DNA of 64,000 nt from the human T2T-CHM13v2.0 reference genome, Homo sapiens. This document shows positions 1-13,661 of the stretch, one piece after another. Location of the stretch: assembly GCF_009914755.1 (NCBI RefSeq), contig NC_060948.1; one strand, written 5' to 3'. Position 1 is the stretch's first letter; each line of letters opens with the position of its first letter. The notes under the pieces were generated by a model, which saw only the letters and a program-made list of their open reading frames with translations, was not told the origin of the DNA and did not search any database. The position numbers and the translations under genes are program-made.

Positions 1-507
1 TTCTCTTTCTGGGTCTTTTTTTTATAGGACTGGCAACACTTCTACTTCCATCTTCCATACTTCAGCATTTGGAGGATGTTTTTCCTCCATTTTTCATCCC
101 GGATCCATTTTGGGAAAGTGTCTCTCTGTCTTTTGCCACCAATATGCATTGTTTGTAGGTATCTTTCCATTTCAGCCTGTTCTTTGTGCTCTCCACTTCA
201 ACAATTTCATTTCTCCTCCCCAGTTTCTCATGTGACTTCCTTTGACACCCTTTGTTCCAACTTTATATCTCTATAATTGTCTCTCTGTCCATTGGACGGA
301 TATTTAATCTACTTATTTTGAGTCCCATGTTGTTTGCTTGGGTCATTTGATAGTTGTTGTTATTTCATATATGATGTTACATTTGTTTAAGTGTTTTGCT
401 TTTTGACTGGCTCTGAAGTATTTCTTGGGAGTTTTTTGTTGTCGTTGAGGACAGTAGATATCTTGGAAGATAATGAGTATCCAATGGCCAGTCAAAAGCC
501 CACCCTC

Positions 508-607
508 AGCTGGGCATGGTGGCTCATGCCTGTAATCCTGGTACTTTGGGAGGCTGAGGCGGGCAGATCACCCGAGGTCAAGAGTTTGAGGCCAGCCTGA
601 TCAACAT
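508..607 (+). mobile_element. Alu (AluS-like) left-arm fragment, 3' part missing
   Basis: gctgggcatggtggctcatgcctgtaatcc...gaggtcaagagtttgaggccagcctgatcaacat matches the first ~100 nt of Alu, then stops abruptly. Confidence 0.9.
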
Positions 608-948
608 ATCATTAAATTAGAGCTTTAAGTTATATCACTGATTTCATATGCCAGGGAAAATTGTAGGATGTGGCTTACAAGGCAATCTCACAAGAAGTAT
701 GACTTTTGTCTTATAAACAACAACCCAACCTTGGAGTTTGTTCCAGTAAATTTCATAAATATAAAATAAACTATATAAATAAAGTAACTAATATCCTACT
801 AAGTCTTTTCCCTCACACATGCTTTTTTTGCCTAAAGCCATTTAAAGTCTCTGAGGATTTAAATCTATAATTCTGTCATGGAGTGGTAGAAACCCAGAGA
901 ATATACAAACGTTGAAAAACTTTAAGAGTCACTGGTTTAACAGAAGTT

Positions 949-1280
949 GGCTGGGCTTACTGGCTCACGCTTCTAAACCCAGCACTTTGAGATGCGTAGC
1001 TGGGCAGATTACTTGAGGGCAAGAGTTTGATACCAGCCTGGCCAACATGATGAAACCTGTCTCTACTAAAAATACAAAAATTAGCTCGGTGTGGGGGTGC
1101 AGGCCTGTAGTCCTAGCTACTTTGGAGGTTGAGGCAGGAGAATTGCTTGAATCTAGGGGTCTGAGTTTGCAGTGCCCCGAGATCACAGCAATGCACTTCC
1201 AGCCTGGTGCAACAGAGTGAGACTCCATCACAAAAAAAACAAAAAACAAAATGACAACAACAACAACAAAAAAAAAAACA
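949..1280 (+). mobile_element. Full-length AluS with A/CAA-rich tail
   Basis: Both arms, ctactaaaaatacaaaaattag linker, tail; possible TSD aacagaa. Confidence 0.93.
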
Positions 1281-1699
1281 GTAAAACAGAAATAGATCTA
1301 ATTTTTCAGACTAGAGTCACTCAGATATGGATGGATAAGTCCATCCACTATTTGTGTATTAAGCTTTTTTTTTTTTTTTTTGAAACAAGTGTATTCACAC
1401 TTGGATTGACTGTTAATATTCACTCCAAACTAGGACATTGCAAAGAACCCTTAGGATGTTATAATTCTAGGCATTTTTATAGTCTCAGAATTTCAGATGT
1501 ATTGCAATGTTGTAATTTTTTATAGTTTCTTGTCTTTCTGTAACACCTAGTAAGTTCAAAAACTCGAACTATAGGTTTTCTTGATAAATACCAGCGTCAC
1601 TGCTTTCTATGTTTATATTTTTCTTTTAATACATGAACTGAGTTAAAAATTAAATATACATATGTAAATTATTCTTTTGAAAAAATATTACTTATAATA

Positions 1700-2530
1700 G
1701 TTTTTAAAATACATGTTTATTTAATTTTAGATTTCTGCTAAATTTGTGAAGATTGTGGAAAGGATTTTCCTTATACCCCACCCTTGAATTTCCCTTCTAT
1801 AAATATCTTAAACATCATTATTATACATTTGACACTATTAATGAGCCAATATGTACAATTTTTTTTTGACTAAAGCCCACTCATTCTTCAGATTTCTTTG
1901 GTATTTTCATTCTGTCTTTTTCCTTTCCTCAAACCCCACCCCAGATCCCACATTACATTTAGCGGTCATGTCTCCTTGGGCTCCTCTTGATTGTGATGAT
2001 TTCTCCTTCTCATTTTGTCTTTCATGGCCTTAAGAGCTTAAGGAGGACTAATCAGGGGATTGGTAGACTGTCCTTTTGTTTGGGTTTGTCTGATGTTCTT
2101 CTCATGGTTATTCTGGGGCTATGGATTGTGCAGAGGAAGACCAGAGGTGAAGTGCCACTTTCCTTACTTTGTATCAAGGGCACATACTAGCACCATGACA
2201 TTGCAGTTGATACTGACCTTGATCCCATGGATGAGGTGATGTTGGCCAGATTTCCCTACTATCAAGTTACTCCTCTTGCACACACACTTTCCATATTGTA
2301 CTCTGTGAAAAGATGTCACTTTGTGCAGCCCACGCTTAAGAAATGGGGACCTGCTATTCCCCCCTGGAGGGCAGAGTATCTACAGAAATTACTTGAAATT
2401 ATTTTACATAAGAGATGTCTCTATTCTGAGCCACTCATTTACTCCCTCATTTACATATATCAGTATGGTCTTATGGATATTTATTTTATACTTCAGGTTG
2501 AAATCTAATATGATGTTGTTTATCTGCATA
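1700..2530 (-). mobile_element. Old L1 3' region (L1MC/L1MD-like)
   Basis: cacattacatttagcggtcatgtctccttgggctcctc...gtttgtctgatgttcttctcatggttattctggggc...gaccttgatc resembles antisense L1MC4-type 3' UTR. Confidence 0.75.
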
Positions 2531-2649
2531 GATTTTGTGTTTGTTTTTAGTAGATATGAGGTCTCACTGCTTTGCCCAGGGTGTTCTTGAACTCCTGGCC
2601 TTAAACTTTAAAACTTTAAAAAAGAGGGATAGCTTTTTAAAAATCCTCA

Positions 2650-2790
2650 TTTTTACTTTAGATCCAAGTGTTAAATATGCAGATATGTTACAAGGGTATA
2701 TTGTGTAATGCTGAGGTTTGGGCTTCTGTTAGGTTATTCTGTGTCCAAATAATAAGCACAGGAAGTTTTTTAGTCCTTGTCCCCCCTCAG
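2650..2790 (-). mobile_element. L1PB-like 3' end fragment
   Basis: tactttagatcc...gttacaagggtatattgtgtaatgctgaggtttgggcttc resembles the antisense L1PB terminus. Confidence 0.6.
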
Positions 2791-3112
2791 TAACAGCTTG
2801 TAGGAAATAATTTGAGACTGATCATTTTTAATTTTTAAGCGCTGAACATGCAGTTATTTTATCTGGAAGGTAGACTAGAAAAACAAAATTATATTTGACA
2901 TTTTAGGACATAAGTGTTTTCTCATTAATCTTGATGTACACAAAGCCAGATTATCAATGTATTTGTTCATAACTCTAGCTTGTTTCATTAAAATTATTTT
3001 CCTGCAAAGAAAACGCCTTTTTGCTACCCTGAATATTTAACAATTTTTAGAATATTTTATCTTTAAGAGCTATAAACATGTTTTAATATCCCAAGGTAAG
3101 ATATGGAGATTT

Positions 3113-3743
<631 letters not shown>

Positions 3744-4545
3744 AGATACATTAGGTGTGGGGTGTTCTGGACTTGAGTGAATCTGTGTAAGTCCTTCACA
3801 TGTGCTTTGCTTTACTGCTTGGGGTAGCTATTTCTGCCTCAAACCACCTCAGAGGGCTTCAGATTTCAGTGACACACCTGTCACTTTTAACGCACATCCT
3901 TGAACCTCCGTCTGTGTGCAGATTAAGCAACAGGTGATTTTAAGGTTCAGGCCTAAGGTTTTTTTATTATTGCCTTTCATTTCCATTTCTAGTTCTTCCA
4001 AAATCCTTCAAAATGACACCTGAGAGGAGACACTCATAAACTTGTTAGCCAGGATTCCAAGGTACATAGAAGCTGTTTCTCCTGGGTGAATATTACAAAT
4101 GCCTCCAAGGGCAATTGAATTTCTTTCTGTCTTTCATGGATTTTTACTTATTGTCCAGATATGCTCCTCCTAGTGAGAGGGTCACTTCTGATTTTTCCTG
4201 CCTCCACAGAACAAGGGCTTCAGAGAGGAGACACTCTACAGCTCCTTTGTTATTAAATTATTAAATGCATTTCTAGTATGAAGGCAGCCTATTAGAAAAA
4301 TCCAGTCTGCTGCATATCTGTTTATAGGGTTTGAGCCCAGTCAAGTGAGGATGCACAGAATTCCACCATTCTGACAGCCCAGCCCCCTTGCAATTGGAAG
4401 GGTCTCCAAATTCCTTCCTTGCAGCTAGGGTTACTGGCTATGAGTGACAGCCTCTTGTGCATAGGGAGTGAGGGCGGAGAGGGACCAGCAGAGCCCTGGA
4501 ATGTCCTTTCCACTGGACATTGAGCATCTAGACAGCTCAGACTCT

Positions 4546-4725
4546 GGAATAGCTTGTACTATAGGTGCATGCTACCATGTATGGCTAATTTTTATTTTGA
4601 TTTTTGTAGACATAGGGTGTCAGTATTTTGCCCAGATTGGTCTCAAAAATCCTAACGTCAAGCGATCTTCCTGCCTTGGCCTTCCAAAGCACTGGGATTA
4701 CAAGTGTGAACCACTGTGCTTGGCC
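4546..4725 (-). mobile_element. AluJ left arm plus start of right arm; tail absent
   Basis: ggctaatttttatt...caagcgatcttcctgccttggccttccaaagcactgggattaca. Confidence 0.85.
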
Positions 4726-5030
4726 ATAACCTATAGTTTTTGTTAGAGATTATTAAATAAGGATGAGATTAAAATGAGGTTAGTCTCATGCTGCTTAAAA
4801 CAGTGATATGCTTAGGAGCAGCTGCAGGAACATCTGATCCAATCTTGGAGGCAGCCTGAAGGGCTTCCCAGGGAAAGCACAATTTAAGCCAAAACCTGAG
4901 AGATGAGCAGGGATTGACCAACTAATGAGCAGACCCACACACCAAATTCTGCAGTCAGTTCCTTGCATGACATGGAAAATTGATTTCTACAACTATGCAT
5001 TACTTTTCTCCCACCAATCCCCCGCCCTGC

Positions 5031-5317
5031 TTTATTTTTTATCTTTATTTCTACTGGGTCTCTGTCACTCAGGCTGTAGTGCAGTAGAGTGATCTTGGCT
5101 CACTGCAGCCTCGATCTCCTTGGCTCAAGTAATCCTTCCACCTAAGCCTCCCTAGTTAGAATAGCTGAGACTGCCTACGCACAACACCATGTCGGTCCAT
5201 TTTTTTTTTTTTTTTTCTTTTTGTAGAGATGGGATTTTGCCATGTTGGCCAGGCTGGTCTTGAAATCCTTGGCTCAAGTGATCAGCCCACCTTGGGGTTA
5301 CAGGCAGGAGACACCAT
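5031..5317 (-). mobile_element. AluJ (diverged)
   Basis: gatcttggctcactgcagcctcg...ttgtagagatgggattttgccatgttggccaggctggtct. Confidence 0.88.
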
Positions 5318-5699
5318 TTTTATTTTGCATGTGTGCGGTCAGTCATTCTACAACTAATAATATTTAATAATAATTGAAAATATCCTGTAAATTCCAAAAA
5401 GGTAAGCTTAAGTTCTCTTGAAAAATGAATTTCTGTGAGAAGGCTTTGGTGGTTTGACTTGAAGCTGATAACAACATTAGTGTTGGGCATTTGGCTACAC
5501 ACCTGTCACATTCAAAATCCAATCTATTTTCAATCTTTATTTCGGTGGCAGTAAGTGCTGAAGATTTTAATCCACTATGTATTTTCCTAACCCAGATTCT
5601 ACTCAAAGCAGAGGTTTAGAGAAATCCCTTGTTTATTGCAAATATCATGCCAAGAATAAGGATGAGGAACCAGCACAGTGATGAAGGGAGAAATGTAAT

Positions 5700-6168
5700 C
5701 ACTATTTACAATAGCCAAGTTGTGGAGTCAACCTATGTATCCATCAACCATGCATTGGATAAAGAAAATGTGGTACATATACACCAAAGAATACTAGGCA
5801 GCCATAAAAAAGAATGGAATCATGTCCTTTGCAGCAACGTGCATGTGGCTGGAGGCCATTATCCTAAGTGAAATAACTGAGAAACATAAAATCAAATATC
5901 ACATGTTCTCACTTATAACTAGGAGCTAAACAATGGGTACGCGTGGTTGTAAAGATGGAAACAACCAACAATGGAGACTCAAACAGGGGAAAGGATGGGA
6001 GGGGGTGAGGTTTGAAAAATCACCTATGGGTACAGTGTTTACTCTTGTGTGATTGGTACCCTAGAAGCCCATATGTAACCAGTGTACAATATACCCGTGT
6101 AAGAAACCTGTACATGCACCCCTGAACCTAAACTAAAATTAAAAAACAAACAAAAACCACACAAAAAA
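5700..6168 (+). mobile_element. L1PB 3' end with A-rich tail
   Basis: gataaagaaaatgtggtacatatacacc...gccataaaaaagaatgg...aagaaacctgtacatgcacccctgaacctaaactaaaattaaaaaa. Confidence 0.88.
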
Positions 6169-6889
6169 ATTGTATTGGCCACAGAGGAGAGATGCCTGCT
6201 TGACCCAGTGAGGTTGTGTGAAAACCCTTATGATATATGTCCCCATACCACTTTCCCAGGTGAAAATGGAGGACCCACATTCTCCTCATCTTTCACCCTT
6301 AATAATGTACTGGTGTTGACATCTCCAGGCTACTTGGGGAGTGCTAAGTAGGTTTTAGTGTGCATCCCCTGTAAGGCATTGAAGAAAATTCAGGAAATCA
6401 AGAAAAAGTCAAGTTTCCAGGTATGAAGAGAGGCTGCACCTTCATGAAGCTGGTTGAAGTCTGGACAGAGCAGATCACCACAAGAGTGACTGGAATAAGC
6501 CATGTGGCCAAGAGGCATCCAGTGCAGCCATCAAGTGAAACAGAGCTCTTCCAGCCGTGGTAGAACTAGGGTCAAACTATGTGAAAGTGTTCAAAGATTC
6601 TTTGCATTGAATTCAAGCTCATCATTCACTTGCACTCAAATCTGTGAGACCATGTTTATATTGTAAAGAAAGGATAAAACATAAATTCATATTTCAATTT
6701 TTAGGTTATCTGAATGAATGGATTTCAAGAGTGCTTAAGTTTTTTCCTAGATGTTCACAGCTTTTCAAATCATCTTCCTCAGAACACTGAATCCTGCTAA
6801 TTGAGTGATTTTCTGATTGTCATGTACTCACACAATTGACTAAATGTCTTACTATGCTTTCTTGATAAGTAGTGTCTACATGTGAAGAA

Positions 6890-7045
6890 CCTATCTATTT
6901 AATCTATCTACCTGCCTATATATCTCTATTTCTCCATCTAGTCTATCAATCTATCTTATCTATATAATCTCTATGTATCATCTATCTGTTATCTATCTAT
7001 CTATCTATCTATGTCTATCTTCTCTCTTTCTCTCTCCTCTCTCTG
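6890..7045. repeat. Degenerate (TCTA)n/(TC)n simple repeat
   Basis: atctatctatctatctatct...tctctctttctctctc. Confidence 0.85.
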
Positions 7046-7124
7046 AGTTGAGCAAATTACTTACAAGTTTTTGTCATGTAAGTGAGCAAGACTATATACA
7101 CACACATATAAGAAGGCTTGAACT

Positions 7125-8076
7125 ACAACATTAAAGTGGCTGCAGATTCAGTGTCTGGTGGGGACCCACTTCGTTGTCCATAGACAGGGCCTTCTCACTG
7201 TGTCCTCACATGGTAGAAGGGGCAAAGGAGGGGGCTCTCTGGGGTCCCTTTTATAAAAGCACTCATCTCATTCATGAAGCTCCATAGTTATGATCTTATC
7301 ACCTCCAAAAGTGCTCGCCTCCTAATAGTGTCCCCTCGGGGATTAAGATTTATATCTTTTGTTTTAAATTTTTAATTTCTATATGAGTACATAGTAGGTG
7401 TATATATTTATGGGGTACCTGAGATATTCTGGTGCAGACATGCAATGCGTAATGATCGTATCACAGCAAATGGGGTTGTCTATCTCCTCAAGGACTTGTC
7501 TTTTTTGTTACAAAAAATCCAATTGTATTATTTCAGTTAAAATGTACAATCAGTTTACTATTGACTAAAGTCACCCTGTCATGCCAGCAAATACTAGGTC
7601 TTATTTATTCTTTCTGACTATAATTTTTGTACCCATTAACCATCCCTACTTTCCCCATCCTACTCCCACTATCGTTTCCAATGTCTGATAACCATCTTTT
7701 GATTCTCTATATTTATGAATTCAATTGTTTCAATTTTTAGCTCCCACAAATAAGTGAGAACATGGTATAACGGTCTTTCTGTGCCTCGCTTATTTCTCTT
7801 AACATAATAACCACCAGTTTTATCCATGTTGTTGTAAATGACAGGATCTAATTCTTTGCTATGGCTTAATAGTACTCTATTGTGTATGTGTAGCCCATTT
7901 TCTTTATCCATTCACCCGTTGATGGATGGTTAGGTTACATCCAAATCTTGGCTATTGTGAACAGAATTGCAACAAACATGGGGGTGCAGATATCTCTTTG
8001 ATATACTGATTTCCTTTCTTTGGGGGTTTGGATGTAAACATATGAGTTTTGAGAGGACAACATTCAGACTGTAGCT
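7125..8076 (-). mobile_element. MLT1A0-like LTR split by an L1MA (pieces ~7125-7355 and ~8036-8076)
   Basis: gcagattcagtgtctggtg...tgtcctcacatggtagaagggg...ggggattaagattt, resuming aacatatgagttttgagaggacaacattcagactgtagc. Confidence 0.75.
7357..8035 (-). mobile_element. L1MA 3' end
   Basis: gtacatagtaggtgtatatatttatggggtac...ttagctcccacaaataagtgagaacatg...tttatccattcacccgttgatgg. Confidence 0.88.
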
Positions 8077-8232
8077 TACTGTACTATCTATCCATTCATC
8101 CACCTGTTTATCTATTCCATTTCTAAATATTGCATGGCATATTTTCTTAATTCTTTCCAATGTCTTATTGAGTTTTAATATAAGTTTACGTTTCTGATAG
8201 GCCACATATGGGGGCATCCTGAAAAGTACATC

Positions 8233-8467
<235 letters not shown>

Positions 8468-8719
8468 TTATCTTTATATTTTAAATGTTTTGGGGTTTTT
8501 TCTTTATTTTTTTCATATTTAATTACATTTCTTTCAAATGACTTCTTTGGGAGACATGATTTTTGTACCTCCTGGGACTGCCACAATTCTCCTGCCTCCT
8601 GGGATGTGATCGATCTCTAGTCTGCCTCAAGTATAAAGATGATATTCATGTTGATGACATTGAGAAGGATGAGGAGAAAGGAGTTGATCAGAGATCTATA
8701 TTCATGGTATACTTGTTTG

Positions 8720-8845
8720 CCATGTCTGCTTTTCCTCTTCAGAATGTAAACTCCAAGACTGTGGGTCTTTGTTTTCTTCGGTACTACCTTGCAGAGTCTA
8801 GGTCCTATTCAAAGCTTAATATTTGTGAAGTGCATGAATGAATAA
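8720..8845 (+). mobile_element. L2 3' end
   Basis: agaatgtaaactcc...aatatttgtgaagtgcatgaatgaataa terminal motif. Confidence 0.6.
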
Positions 8846-9914
8846 GTGGATTATAATATTATCACCACCATTGGTATGGCTTTTGTTTCTCTATCTGTAT
8901 TGTCCTCTCTACTTTTCCTTAATTGTTTAATTCCCACACAGATTGCCGAAGATTGCTTTGCCAACTGTCCCTGGGTAGAGATAAATTTCCCTCCATGGTG
9001 CTTTCACTGGACTCTACCTGCAGCTATATATTATCTTGCATTTTCTAACACCCAGCCCCACCACATAATAAGACTTGATTGATTGAAGACCCTGAGTTAG
9101 CTTTGCATAAAACCAAGGTGCTTTCCACACAGACATTCACAGACATTTTCACATTTCATACAGCAACTGATGAACTAGGCTGGAAATACACTTTTTACTG
9201 GCTTAACAGAGAAGAAAACAAAGCTTAGGGAGACTGATTATGCAGGATTTAATTTGTAACAAGCAAAGAGAACACTATTGACTTCAAGTGGACATCAACA
9301 CATTATCATCTGATAATTTTTCCAGCATCCTTTGCCTCATCTGTTAAATTATAAACTAATGCTGATGTGTACAATTCAGTTCAGCTTCACAAATATTTAA
9401 TGAACACTCGCTCTATAACAGGTATTATTATATAAATAGTTCTTTATGATGTAAGAATGTTTAATAGATACTTTTTATCCATTCAACTTTGAAAGGCTAA
9501 TGCCTATTCATAGATACCAGGAAACACTTGAATGAATGAAGACATGTTTTCTGCTGTCAAAGAGAGATCAGACACCAACAAGTGGCCAAGAAAGAACAAA
9601 GTAATTTTGATCAACAAAACTTATAGAAGAAAATAAGCATTCTTTGTTGTTACATATACTTCAGAGCCATTTTAGTGCTCAAAGTTTGATAGAAATTGAT
9701 ACACAGGACTTGCGCCTCTGAATTGGCTATCCCGGAATATTCTATGAGCTACAACCAGATTTAACATTAACCTGTAGTTACTTGTGGTTTATTCATCTAT
9801 CCACCTAAACACTATGAGCAACTTCAATGTGCTCTTCATGGTACTCGACTTTAGGCATTGTATATGGAGCAAAATAGACATATTTTCTTATTTATTGTGG
9901 CTTATACTCAGATG

Positions 9915-10093
9915 CAGCATTTCTTCACCAGTGGTAATTTTGCTCCTGGGGACATTTGGCAATGTGTGGAGACAGTGAAGGTTGTCATGACTGGGTCTTG
10001 CTTCTGGTGTCTAATGGGTAGAGGCCAGAACTCCTTCACAATAAAGAACTATCTGACCAAAGAATATCAGCAGTGCCAAGGTTGAGAAACTCT
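9915..10093 (+). mobile_element. MER20 (hAT-Charlie) DNA transposon
   Basis: ttttgctcctggggacatttggcaatgtgtggagaca...aatgggtagaggccag...cagtgccaaggttgagaaac. Confidence 0.85.
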
Positions 10094-10719
10094 TCTAACG
10101 GTTGGAGAAAAATGATCAATGGATCACCTACAATTATAATTACAAACTGAGCTATGTGTTAGATGCTAGTAGAGCTGATTTCCAAGGTTACTGATCTAGT
10201 CATGAGGATACATATTGATACTAAGGACATGTGGTTGAAGGGGCAGGAGTGATTTATTAGGGTAAGAAGTTCATGGTGAGCAGAGGGACTGTCATGCAAA
10301 GACTCTAGGGCTTGAAGGAGCCCAGTGCAATCAGGATCTGAAGTGACAGGTGTGGCTTGAGAACAGAGGCAACAGGGAGTTAGGCAGAAGGGGAAGCTGG
10401 AAATGCAGGCAGGGGTAGAAAATAAAAATATGCCAGCCATTTATATTACACAATTCTGTAGACTTCTTTCTTCTTTCATTCTTGATACTTTTCTATAATA
10501 ACATTCAAGCATTGGATCAGCACCCTTTGTTGTCTTCTGTAGCCCAAAGGTTGACCTTGGAGACACAAAGGCAACTATGACAATGGTTTCTGCAATAGGG
10601 AGATCACATTCTCACTCAGAAGACATTTGCAGGGTGTGATTAGTGATTCTCACATACATGTCAATTTCTTCCTAAGACCTTGTGCTTTTTTAGTTTTTAT
10701 TTTAATATTATTATTGTTA

Positions 10720-11020
10720 TTTATATAGTTTATTTGAGAGAATTTTGCTCTGTCACACAGACTGGAGACCAGTGTTGTGATCATAGCTCATTGCAGCCTC
10801 CAACTCCTTGTGTCAAGCAATCCTCTTGCCTCAGCCTCCCAAATAGCTGGGACTACAAGCATCCACCACCACATCCAGCTTATTGTTTTATTTTTTGTAG
10901 AGAAGGCCACCTCTACAACTTATGTTGCCCAGACTGGTGTCAAATGCCTGGGCTCAAGCATTCCTTCTGCCTGAGTCTACCAAAGTGCTGGGATTCTAGA
11001 TGTGAGCCATGAAACCCTAC
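10720..11020 (-). mobile_element. AluJ
   Basis: gatcatagctcattgcagcctc...caagcaatcctcttgcctcagcctccc...caaagtgctgggatt. Confidence 0.9.
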
Positions 11021-11739
11021 CTTCTGGTTTTTAATTGGCTTATTTTCTTCGCACATTTCAGTGAAGCATTATTCATTTATCGTTACTGAGGTTTTACTTT
11101 TTTTTTTCTTTCCCAGAGTTAGATTTCAGACAACTCACCTTTGTTACCAATTTGAAATGCTAGGTGTCAATTCTTAATATAGTTGTAAAGGGCCATGACT
11201 TGAGGATATGTTATTTTTTTGGGCTTGAGTTTGGATTGGTTTGAGTTGAATGCAATTGCTAAGCCATTGAATAAGGGAACATTGCTGAACTAGAGTGACA
11301 TGGATTATTTCTTATAGGTGAGAGTGCATTTGTGATAAAGTCATTGTTTTAGGATACATAAGGGTCATGGTGTATTTTCTTGGCTAGTGCTATGAATTCA
11401 TTTGTGCTATTTCTTTTGAATTTTTGTATTTCTCTACTCTCCATCTTATTAAACCAGGTGTTTCAGGTTTGAGGTTCTGCACATTTTTCTCTGGGGTTAC
11501 ACAGAGGGACTAAATAGGTGGAGTTTAGGGTAAGGGGATATTCACAGTCCTGCCCTCCTGCAACCACAGCAACACCCCAAAGTCTCTCATAAGACTGTAT
11601 TTGTTCTCCTACTTACATTCTTTGACCACTATTATGAACGTTTTCAATAGTCTATCCAATGAAAACAATGTTGTCAATGACTGTCTTTAGTAAGTCTGTA
11701 GTCAGATTCATATCTTTAAAATATGTACACTGTGTGAAT

Positions 11740-12030
11740 ATTTCAAAGTATATATCATGAAAATAAATAAGAAAAAAAAAAACAAGAAAGCTGAGATAGC
11801 TCTATTAATATTAGACAAAGATACCTTCAAGAAAAGGAGTATTTCCATAATAAAAGAGAGATAGTCATAATGATACAAGGAAGAATCCACCTGACATAAC
11901 TAATAATTTTAATTTGTGTACACCTAATAAGAGAGCTGTAAATTACACAATTAGACAGCAATAAATGCAAAGAAAGACCCATCAATAATGATAGTTGGAG
12001 ATGTTAAGATGTTACCAAAATAGATGAAAG
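11740..12030 (+). mobile_element. Ancient L1M ORF2 endonuclease-region remnant
   Basis: aagaaagctgagatagctctattaatattagacaaa (KKAxxAxLIxDK-like) ...tgtacacctaataagagagc...atagttggaga. Confidence 0.65.
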
Positions 12031-12044
12031 ATGAAGTTGGAAAA

Positions 12045-12122
12045 CACACACACACACACACCCCCACACACACAGATACATACACACATAAATACAGGGA
12101 GGATACACACACACACATACAT
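12045..12122. repeat. Interrupted (CA)n microsatellite
   Basis: acacacacacacacaca...catacacacat. Confidence 0.9.
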
Positions 12123-12249
12123 GCAGGGAGGATATGAAAATTTTCAACAACACTTTCAATGCCCTTGGCAAGTTTGTACTTTGAGTCCAACCTCCCTTCA
12201 CAATTCAACAAAGAGACAAACAACCCACAATTTTACTGCATTTCATGCT

Positions 12250-12880
12250 TAGGTTCCCGGTGTCTCAAGGCCTCTGGCCAGCCATGTGTGTACAGGAACA
12301 CACACACATCAAATAAACAGAAAAATGAATGTATAATCGCAGACTGTGATTAACACCATAGATGAAAATCAGAGAGGGTGTGCAGTCATTAACAGGCAAG
12401 CTGACCTCACCTTTGATACAAAGACACAATGGTGTTCAGGCGAAAAGCAATGAATAGGTGTTACCCAGTTGGGGAGATAAGAATGGTGTTGTAAGAGTAA
12501 GGTAAATTTGTGCATAGGATTCCAGTTGGCACAGATTTTTTAGTGCAGAAACAGGAAGTGGAAGAGGGACAGGGTTGAGGATGTATAATTCAACAGATCA
12601 TTCAGGTCCCTGTTGGAGAACTTTAAGCAGGGCTCTGTCAAAGTCAGTTTGGTCATTTTGATAGATGACTCTGGGTGGGGAGTGATGGCAGAATGAGATG
12701 GACACATATTAGGCAGTCACTTTCATCTAGCAGAGACACTGACAGCCTGGACCATAATGACGAAGATGGAGAAAAGTTATATGAACCTATTTGAGAGATA
12801 TTTCAGAAGGAAACCAAAGATGTGATACTGAGTTACCTGGAATGTGGGAAAGGAATGGAAAGTTGGATGACCTTTCCATC
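12250..12880 (-). mobile_element. Degraded L2 fragments
   Basis: Purine-rich L2-like motifs (tttaagcagg, gatgactctgg, gagatatttcagaagg). Confidence 0.45.
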
Positions 12881-13279
12881 TAGTTTCTGTGTAGATTCTG
12901 TGCATGATCCCTTGGCTTAAGACATAAGCACTGTGAGATTACAGATAATCTATGTATAGGTTCATGTAAAGAGTTTTCCCTTTTCTTAGATTTCCATCTA
13001 AATTGAGATTATTGTCTTTCACTGCATGTAATCTCATTACTACCTGATTTGGAATGCTATTTCCTTATACAAGCATGTTGTGAGAATAATGCTTGGTGCC
13101 AAATGTTACGCAAATAGTATTGATTTAAATGTGGTAACATAGATAACTGTTAACATATGTACAATAGATAACACAAGTATATAACATATAAATATCATAT
13201 AATAAATGCTAATTAATATAAATGAAATATACTGGGGAGGAAAATCTGAAAGGTGTTAATGACTTAGGGACCTTATCAA

Positions 13280-13661
13280 TATATATCAATCATTCTCACA
13301 CTGTTATGAAGAACTACCTAAGCCTGGGTAATTTATGAAGAAAAGAGGCTTAATTGACATGCAGTTCTTCATGCTGTATAGGAAGCATGGCTGGGAGGCC
13401 TCAGGAAACTTACAGTAATGATTAAAGGTGAAGGGGTAATAAGCACATCTTACCATGGCAGAGCAGGAGAGAGACCGAGCCAAGGGGGAAGTGCTACACA
13501 CTTTTAAACAACCAGATTTTGTAAGAACTCATGACCACCGGAACAGCCAAGAGGAAATCCACCCCTATTATCCGGACACCTGCCACCAGGTCATTCCCCC
13601 AACATTGGGAGCTACAATTCGATATGAGATTTGTGTGGTGATATACAGCCAAATGACAACA
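13280..13661 (-). mobile_element. MSTA-like MaLR solo LTR
   Basis: ctgggtaatttatgaagaaaagagg...ggaagcatggctgggaggcctcaggaaacttaca...cttttaaacaaccagat. Confidence 0.9.

Noticed and set aside
5580-6540. LTR16/ERVL-like element flanking the L1PB
   Set aside because: Only a faint resemblance; I cannot support boundaries or family by eye.
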